Positions 54,715-64,000 of a stretch of 64,000 nt of DNA are shown in pieces (position 1 is the stretch's first letter; every line of letters starts with the position of its first letter). The DNA is from Eledone cirrhosa (lineage: Eukaryota). The notes beneath the pieces were generated by a model that saw only the letters and a program-made list of their open reading frames with translations, did not search any database and had not been told where the DNA came from. The stretch spans positions 347,696,001 to 347,760,000 of the forward strand of contig OZ024741.1 in assembly GCA_964016885.1 (NCBI GenBank). Direction: 5' to 3'. Position numbers and translations under genes: made by a program.

Positions 54715-56423
54715 ATATTTATATTTCACGGCTGGTTTATCAAACATCTATATTAAGAATATTATATTCGCAAGCTATTTGTCCCCGTAACCTCTAGTGC
54801 CACAGTGAGGAATAGAAACGAGAAACCTTTCGCTTTGTAAAGCAAATGTGCTTAAATATTGGGGTTTCAGTACCTTACATATAGACAAGTTGTAAGTAAT
54901 TATAAATCTCTCTTGCCAATGATGATATAGTATTGGAAATATATAGATTCTTTGTGAATTATATCATAATCTGTAACATTATAGGAAATCGTTGCGTAAG
55001 AAATAAATTGTTTCAATCATTTAGAGGTTAGGAATTCCATAATTCGTAGTTGTGTGTAATATTTATCCAATTCTTCTCCGAAGAAATGCAGATTAATTGA
55101 TCGTGGTAGGACAAATATTGTCTCAGATGATTCCCTTTTTTCCATTCACCATAATTTTCATTCTAGATTTTACTTAATTTTTAACATTAGAGTGTATGAT
55201 TATTTACTAGTTTCATAATATATAAGTGATCGTTCTGATCAATCCAGCATCCTAAGAAATAAAGCACAGAACATAGCATTGTCTAAATAGTTACATTCAC
55301 TTTGTTGTTTCAAACAACATCAGAGTGTGTTAGGATCTAGAATTGCACGGAAAGTCTCAGTTGATTAAATATATATTCTATGATATATATTTACTGTGGG
55401 GTATACAGTAAGACGATTCTATTTTTTGTTTACGGTTACTCAAACCCACACACATGAACAGATACCCATATATGTTTTATATGTATATATTCACATTGCT
55501 GACAAGTGTTTCTTTGATCTGGTAGGTCTAGAGTTCGCTAATCGCTTGATGTTGCGTCAATCGATCTCCAATACTTTGTTTATAAACCAGTCGTTTCATC
55601 AGAGCGTGCCAAAATGAGGAAGATACTCCTGGCATGGCTTTTATCGAGTAGTGGTATAAAACCAGAACAATAATATCAATAATAAAATAACTAGATTAAC
55701 ATCAATATAAGTAAGAAATAGAGTATAATGATAAATCTAGCATATTAGACGAACTGATATAATACATATGTATGAAATTGACATGTGAAAACTGCTATAG
55801 GGTACATTAGATGTAGTATTAAGGTGGTGAAGAGATAACTGATAAAATGTACTTGGAGTCAGGATTTAGGAGTAATTATGAGGTATATACGTGTGCTGTA
55901 TTGCACACTAGCAATAAATCGGAGATTGATTTATAGTTTGACGCATAAGTATTTTCGTTGTATTAACTTAGTGAGAATGATAGAGTGGGTGCATAGAGAT
56001 ATATGGTTCTTATGTGGTATTAAATGAACTTGTAGTTTCATTATTTAAAGGTTTAGGTGACCTATTCTAAAGTTGGGATTGTTAGTTCGAATCATGGGGT
56101 TTAGTTTTCACAACATCAATAACAAATAGTGTATAAATAAGACAATAATAACAACAATAATAGAGACAATAGAAGTATTAAAGTAATAAAATATGCATGG
56201 TAGATAGAGAGAACATGATGAATAAAATTAGAGATACATTGAAATGATCATAATAATAATAAGAAGCAAATAAGATTTCAAGGAGTGTAGAGTTAATAAG
56301 ATAATGTACTTAGAATTAAGTTCATCAGTTAGAGATCATGAGTGCTAATATGAGATACGTAGATATAATTGTTTGGTCCGAAGGTATAAACAACAGCAAA
56401 TATGAGATTGATTTATATTTATA

Positions 56424-57228
<805 letters not shown>

Positions 57229-57245
57229 AATATATATATACACAC

Positions 57246-57311
<66 letters not shown>

Positions 57312-57354
57312 GTACATACACACACACATACACACATACACACGTACACATATG

Positions 57355-57387
<33 letters not shown>

Positions 57388-57388
<1 letters not shown>

Positions 57389-57591
57389 AGGAAGGAATTG
57401 TGGTAAGGAACCAAATGGACCGTAACGCACCAGAGTACTCAATACTTAGGGTAGTAGAGTAGGTAATAGGAAAAGGTTTGACCCAGACGGCAGATCTCAA
57501 GCTGTTTCGACGGATACTTCTGGACGCTATTTCAGTGCAGAAATAGCCGTCGAAACAGCTTGAGCTCAGCCGTCGTTGTCATACCTTTCCC
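57388..57591. mobile_element. Miniature family A-related fold-back (tail on left)
   Basis: 57468-57525 is inverted at 57535-57591; tail at 57388-57466. Confidence 0.85.
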
Positions 57592-57612
57592 TATATATAT
57601 ATATATATATAT

Positions 57613-58582
57613 CACGATAAATTAACGGAGCCATATACTCTCGCTATTCTCTGTCAATAATGTGCTCAAAGTAGAAGAAATCCTGAGCTCTTTAAAATAC
57701 AATATGTTCAAAAGGTAACCCTCTAGAGAGAGATACAGTGCGCTATCAATAAAACAGGGAAAAACCTCCGGTGTATGGAATCTATAACCTATGAAAGGCA
57801 GAGTAGACACACGATAATTAAAAAAGTGTAAATACATACATCTATAACTATATAACACACGTACAAATCCAAAGAGATCTGTTTCGCCAGTAAGTTGAGG
57901 ACAAAAATGAAATAACCCAGGATTCATCAGCGTGTGTAAGGATATACATTTCAGACAACACTAAGAGAATTTAAAGCGGCCGTCCAGCTACACGTGGGAG
58001 AGAGAAGTCACAGCGTGTTTAAGGGCAGTGAACCAGTGGCCTCTGAGGGACGAGCTGCTAGAAAGGGAAACCCCAAACCACTCAGATAAGTGTGCTCAAC
58101 AAAACAGAAAGAGAGGAACGACTGTTATAAGGAGCGAAATATCACGAGAGACTCACGCTATTCCCTGTCAATAATATGTGAAATGAGAAAAAATCCTGAG
58201 CTCTTTCTAGCTGTTTCTAACATCTCGTCCCTCAGAGGCCACTGGTTCACTGCCCTTAAACACGCTGTGACTTCTCTCTTCCACGTGTAGCTGGACGGCC
58301 GCTTTAAATTCACTTAATGTTGTCTGAAATGTATAGCCTTACACACGCTGATAAACCCTAGGTTATTCCATTTCTGTCAATAACTTACTGGCGATATAGA
58401 TCTCTTTGGATTTGTACATGTCTTATAAAGTTATAGATGTATGTATTTACACTTTAGTTAATATTTTTAATGATCGTGTGTCTACTCTGCCTTTCATAGG
58501 TTCTCGATTCCATACACCGGTGGTTTTTCCCTGTTTTATTGATAGCGCACTGTATCTCTCTCTAGTGTGTTACCTTTTCAAC

Positions 58583-58587
<5 letters not shown>
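57613..58587. mobile_element. Non-coding fold-back, older
   Basis: 57701-58064 is inverted at ~58210-58587; 57638-57693 is directly repeated at 58152-58205; decayed CTGATGA...GAAA cagatct on the minus strand at 57863-57930. Confidence 0.75.
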
Positions 58588-58630
<43 letters not shown>

Positions 58631-59390
58631 GTAGAAATTAGTTATATATATATAATTACTATCTTTTCTCGAATTGCACTGATTTCCCTGAGGAATAGCA
58701 TATAAAAGTATGAGAAATATCAATAATCCAATATATATTTTAATCGTGTACATATATTTCAGATACACAATGGATTATCTCTGTCTTCCAACATACGCCA
58801 ATTTTGTCCCCATACTCACTGAAATTACTTATTTCCGTTTTTTTTAAATCCTTTTAATTTTAATTTCTTTCCTTTTATAAGAAATGATATATATTTTCCA
58901 TAAAGTCCATTCTAGTTTTATATATTTTCATTCGTTATATTTTATTGTTGTCATCTTACAGCAACATTATAAAAAATGTTAACATTTTTTTCTTGTAATC
59001 GAAACGAAATATCCATAAATATTTTATATTGGGTCTATTTATTTTTGTAGATTATCCCTGTCTCCCTATAAAACGATCTATACATTAAATGATGATTTAT
59101 ATCGTTAGCATTCGGGCATATTTATTTAGAGATATCAAAAAGATCGCACTAGCATATATACATACTATATTAGTCTATCATTTAACCAGTAATTATGCAT
59201 GGCATATGTTAGACAAAAATGATATTGTAAAACAAACAACAAATATTTTTTTTTTCCTTTTAGGGAGAACGTGAAAATGTATCCTACAGGTTCGAAACAA
59301 CAAGTAACAATATTGGTAAGATAAAAAGGATTTAATATAAAAATTGCTATGAATAGAACACAAAGTAGTACTGTGAGATATATAAAAGAT

Positions 59391-59580
59391 AATTGTTTCT
59401 ACTTTTGGCACAAGGCCAGCAATTGCCCAGTGTATTACTGGTACTTTATTTTATCGACCCCGTAAGGATGAAAGGCAAAGTTAACCTAGGCTGGATTTGA
59501 ACTCAGAATGGGAATGGCCGTAACTCTATGCGTCAAAGCATGGCGTCCGACCCTCTACCGATACTGCCAATTCACCGCCA
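59391..59580 (-). mobile_element. tRNA-derived SINE
   Basis: Same family as 25124; flanked by the direct repeat gagatatataaaagataat (59375 / 59584). Confidence 0.82.
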
Positions 59581-59977
59581 TCGAGATATATAAAAGATAA
59601 TAAAACCTAGCATTGCGAATGCATTCATATTATAGAACAGGAAATGTTCAAAGTTAGAGGGAATTATAGTTCAGAACGATATCATTTATATATAAAATAC
59701 TTTTAGAAGGTGAATGTTAAGTGTAGTGTAGGAAACCATTATCCTCCTGATCATTTGTACACACATACACATATATCCACACACACACACGCCCCCCCCC
59801 CCCACATATATATATATAAATATATATATATATACGTATATATATGGCTATCTCGATTGTTATATTTGGGGAGTGTCATCTTGTTATAATATTGCTAGAA
59901 ATATATAAATTCATTGCCGTATATATGTAAATACACATATGCATATATACAATACAGTATATATATATATATATATA

Positions 59978-60046
59978 ACGAGCTGAGGATCCGCTAAGGT
60001 GAAACAATTGTTCCCGGTATGGTGGTGAACTAACTGTTGTTAACCA

Positions 60047-60050
<4 letters not shown>
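59978..60050 (+). ncRNA. Isolated minimal HHR island in (TA)n
   Basis: CTGAGGA tcc-gctaa-ggt GAAA CAATTG TT; weak stems. Confidence 0.55.
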
Positions 60051-60108
<58 letters not shown>

Positions 60109-60550
60109 ATACAGTATATATTAGACGCTAAATGAACTAGTGAGATTAGAGTGGAACATGAGATTGTCTCTTATGTAAGGATACGTACCTGTGATAACAT
60201 GATTATATTTACGGCAAAAACAAGGACTTTACGATTTACGCAACGTTAAAAACATTACAAACTGTATATAATCACTGAATTGGTTATACTTTACGAAGCA
60301 TAGTTTAGAAAATACTAGATTATTGTAAACTCAAATTACCAAGTCTCATGCATCTTTTAAGAACATCTTTTCCCATCCTTATTGATTTCCTATAAATTGG
60401 AATAGGGCAAAGTCACATATATCATACCGGGAATTAGAAAAATGCAGCAAGATACAGAATAATGAATTCTTTTTCTACACTTAAAATATATTGTATTTGC
60501 TGGTATAAATGTCTGAAATTCGTTTCGTCTTCATATAAACTGTTCGGCTT

Positions 60551-60800
60551 AATGAGGATGATGACGATGGCGATGATGATGGCAATCGTGATGATGATGA
60601 TGATGTTGATTATGAAGATGATGATGACGATGATGGCGATGATGATGCCGACGACGGCGACGGCGACGATGATGATGATGGTGATGATGATGATGATGAT
60701 GATGATGATGTTGGTGATGAAGTAGAGGATGATGATAGTAATAAAGTTAATGGGATTGATGGTGGCGCTGCTGATTAAGAAGATGATGACAAAGACGATA
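60551..60800. repeat. Imperfect (GAT)n microsatellite
   Basis: Direct reading. Confidence 0.9.
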
Positions 60801-60829
60801 GTCATGAATTTTATTATTAATGGTGAACG

Positions 60830-60970
60830 TGAGTTCAAATGGCGCCGAGGCTAACGCTGCCTCTCATCCATACGGGGTTGATAAAATAAAGTACCAGTCA
60901 CGCACTGAGGTCGATTTAATCGACTTACACCTCCCTCAAAATTACTGGCATTGTGCCTATATAAGAAACC
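60830..60970 (+). mobile_element. tRNA-derived SINE (5'-truncated)
   Basis: gagttcaaat...gccgagg...tcatcc...gtaccagt...ttgtgcctatataagaaac. Confidence 0.75.
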
Positions 60971-61299
60971 ATTAATAATGGTGAATGTCAACACAGAACA
61001 CGAACAAACCTTATCTTGCTAAACTTAGAATCGATAGGGAGGAACCTGAGGAAAATTTTATACATCATTCCCACGAGGAATTTAACATGTCTGCTCATAA
61101 AATGGATATGGATAATAGGGGTTGTATTAACCATTTATACTAATTTGAATTAGCTGTTAAATGGTTTGGAGCATAATATAGAAAAGGCCCCTGTATTTTT
61201 GATAGTTGTCATTGTTTGGTATATCAAAGTGGAAATTGATTGAATAGGTTCCTAATCAAAATATTCGAGCTTCAACAACTCCACCTTTCATTTTCAGAA

Positions 61300-61790
61300 A
61301 TAGGTAACCCTGAATTATCTTGCCCAATTCACCTTTGCAATATTAAGAAGAAATGATGTGCTGCTGTGTAAAGAATTTAGCGCCATTTGCGTGCTATGTT
61401 GAGGATGTCAATCAATTAAGTAGCGTATTCTTCCTTCATTAGCTAGGGTGGTCATTCGGTATATATTTATGGTTTAATCGGTTCGAGGTTCAATTTACGC
61501 ATAACAGGTCATCGATTATCATGCATTCAGTATTTATTCAATCAATTATATTAGTTAATTCTAATCTCTTATTAGAGATATCGATAAATTATTGGTTGTT
61601 CATTTATCAAAATTCTAGTGAATTAAGAAATATTGAAACTGTCAGGATTTAAATGACTAACGCGAAAGTTAGGCTACCCGTCTGTGATCTCAACTCCCAC
61701 TTTCATTGTAATATAATAATAGATGTAAAAGAACAGGAGATTCATGGTTTTAATCCTTTAGTCTCCAAAATGACACATTCGAATGCTATT
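61300..61790 (+). pseudogene. Very decayed PLE thumb/linker remnant
   Basis: Collinear residual motifs (SGFK-like at ~61642, WF-NP-like at ~61745); frames broken. Confidence 0.3.
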
Positions 61791-61820
61791 CTGAGTATAT
61801 CCTCAATATATATATATATA

Positions 61821-62028
61821 GTTATGTAATAAACAACATGAGATAGTTATTTCATTTACCAGTGGTTTCTTGAAGGCAGATGTTATGTCTGTCTTTTGAC
61901 GAATGAAGACAGGCATAATATTTGCCTTCAAGAAACCACTGGTAAATGAAATAATTATCTTATGTTGTCTATTATATAACTAATACGCTCTGTAGCCCAC
62001 ATAGAGCATTTCTGACGGAAATACTTCA

Positions 62029-62030
<2 letters not shown>
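61821..62030. mobile_element. Miniature family E-related fold-back
   Basis: Near-perfect palindrome at 61821-61981, each arm with GAAA ccactgg TA aatgaa; tail 61982-62030 with hairpin at 61987-62007. Confidence 0.88.
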
Positions 62031-62088
<58 letters not shown>

Positions 62089-62124
62089 CATATATATATA
62101 TATATATGTGAACGTATGTATATT

Positions 62125-62214
<90 letters not shown>

Positions 62215-62215
62215 A

Positions 62216-62294
<79 letters not shown>

Positions 62295-62476
62295 CGTATG
62301 TATATATATACATATACGTATGTATGTATATACATATATACGTATGTATATATATATATATGTTTATATATACATACGTATATATATATGCATATATATG
62401 TATATACATATATATATATACATACGTATATATATATGTATATATGTATATATATATATATATACGTATATAATAC

Positions 62477-62543
<67 letters not shown>

Positions 62544-62593
62544 AATATATATATATATACTGTATATATATATATATATACTGTATATATATA

Positions 62594-63079
<486 letters not shown>

Positions 63080-63082
63080 TGT

Positions 63083-63728
63083 AACAGTTTCGTGTGGCGC
63101 CATTTTGTGATTTGAACTCGATAATTTTAAATTCTCCGAGTGAGAAAAGCCTTCTGACGATGATCTCTTTCTCAATAAAAATCCGCCTGGATTATCTATT
63201 TATTTTGGAATCGGAAACCGCGGTAAAGGCACATATAGTAAGTGCAGTGAATTTTTTGAAATTTATTTTAAAACTTATTCTCCATTTGTTTGACCTTGAT
63301 TTTATATAATCTGGGTTGTTAATTTATTAACTTGCCATTGAATCACACTGGCATACGGTTGGAAAATACTTGTAACCATATGCGTATTATTTACCTTTAG
63401 GAATATATACTTTTATTATTATTCCCTCCTACGGTTGAGAAACCTTTGGTCGTTTGAACGGCTGGTATTTTTAGTAGCCGTACATTGACCTGTCAGCTAG
63501 CCTTTGTCTTTGCACACGGTACCAGACAGAATTGTTTTTCTCTCATTCACTCTCATTCGGGAACAGTATTGTGTGGCGTCAGTTTGTGATTTGAACTCGA
63601 GAATGTTATATTCTCCGAGTGAGAAAGCCTTCTTACAATGATCTCTTTCTCAATAGAAATCCATTTGGATTATCTATTTATTTTGGGATGGGAAACTGCG
63701 GTAAAGGCACATAGAGTAAGTACAGTGT
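63083..63728 (+). repeat. ~479-bp HHR unit in partial tandem
   Basis: 63083-63250 is repeated at 63562-63728; the second HHR core is decayed (CTTACAA). Confidence 0.75.
63149..63230 (+). ncRNA. Minimal type I HHR with extended stem II
   Basis: gcctt CTGACGA tgat...atcg GAAA CCGCGG TA aaggc. Confidence 0.8.
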
Positions 63729-63740
63729 TTCTTTACAGTG

Positions 63741-64000
63741 TACAACACTTACTTCATCTTCCACCTCCACACATTCAGACAGACAACAGGATTGCGCATG
63801 GGATCCAGCCTATCGGGCCTGCTGGCCATCACCTATATGAACCAGCTAGAATGCCGAGCCCTCAACACCTGCCATTCCGATCCCTTTTTCACCCGATATA
63901 TAGATGACATACTCATCCTTACATCATCCCGTGAGGAAGCGGATAAAATATACACGATATTCTCCAGCATGGACGCCAGTATAAAGTTCAGCATGGAACA
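63741..64000 (+). pseudogene. PLE reverse transcriptase fragment running off the window
   Basis: Manual translation: YNTYFIFHLHTFRQTTGLRMGSSLSGLLAITYMNQLE...FTRYIDDILIL...IKFSME. Confidence 0.85.

Noticed and set aside
55600-56330. Possible decayed minus-strand PLE thumb region
   Set aside because: Only faint motif resemblance; cannot be supported without a profile search.
60434-60838. Poly-Ile / poly-Met ORFs
   Set aside because: Translations of the (GAT)n microsatellite.

Overview
AT-rich, microsatellite-saturated animal DNA with no recognisable host gene. It is probably from an octopod cephalopod, inferred only from a recurring tRNA-derived SINE. Most ORF-track entries are (TA)n/(CA)n translation artefacts. 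The real coding content is Penelope-like retroelements (PLEs; RT + GIY-YIG): several Hydra-clade-like families (YRDD, WFNPP, CxCx5C, CxxC, CKH), Naiad/Neptune-like fragments, and short R4-like and RTE-like LINE ends. Manual reading shows three linked patterns. (1) Most PLE-related insertions sit in (TA)n as fold-back structures with both 3' ends pointing outward, one arm carrying an extra tail. (2) About 28 intact, variant or decayed type-I hammerhead ribozyme (HHR) motifs are present, including U3-A8 core variants, one with a 115-nt stem II, and retrozyme-like tandem units. (3) The tails of about seven otherwise dissimilar elements begin with the same covarying bulged hairpin (RYTC-T..stem..A-TW-GAGY), located 0-8 nt beyond the point where the short arm ends. 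All folds were done by eye and ribozyme activity is untested.
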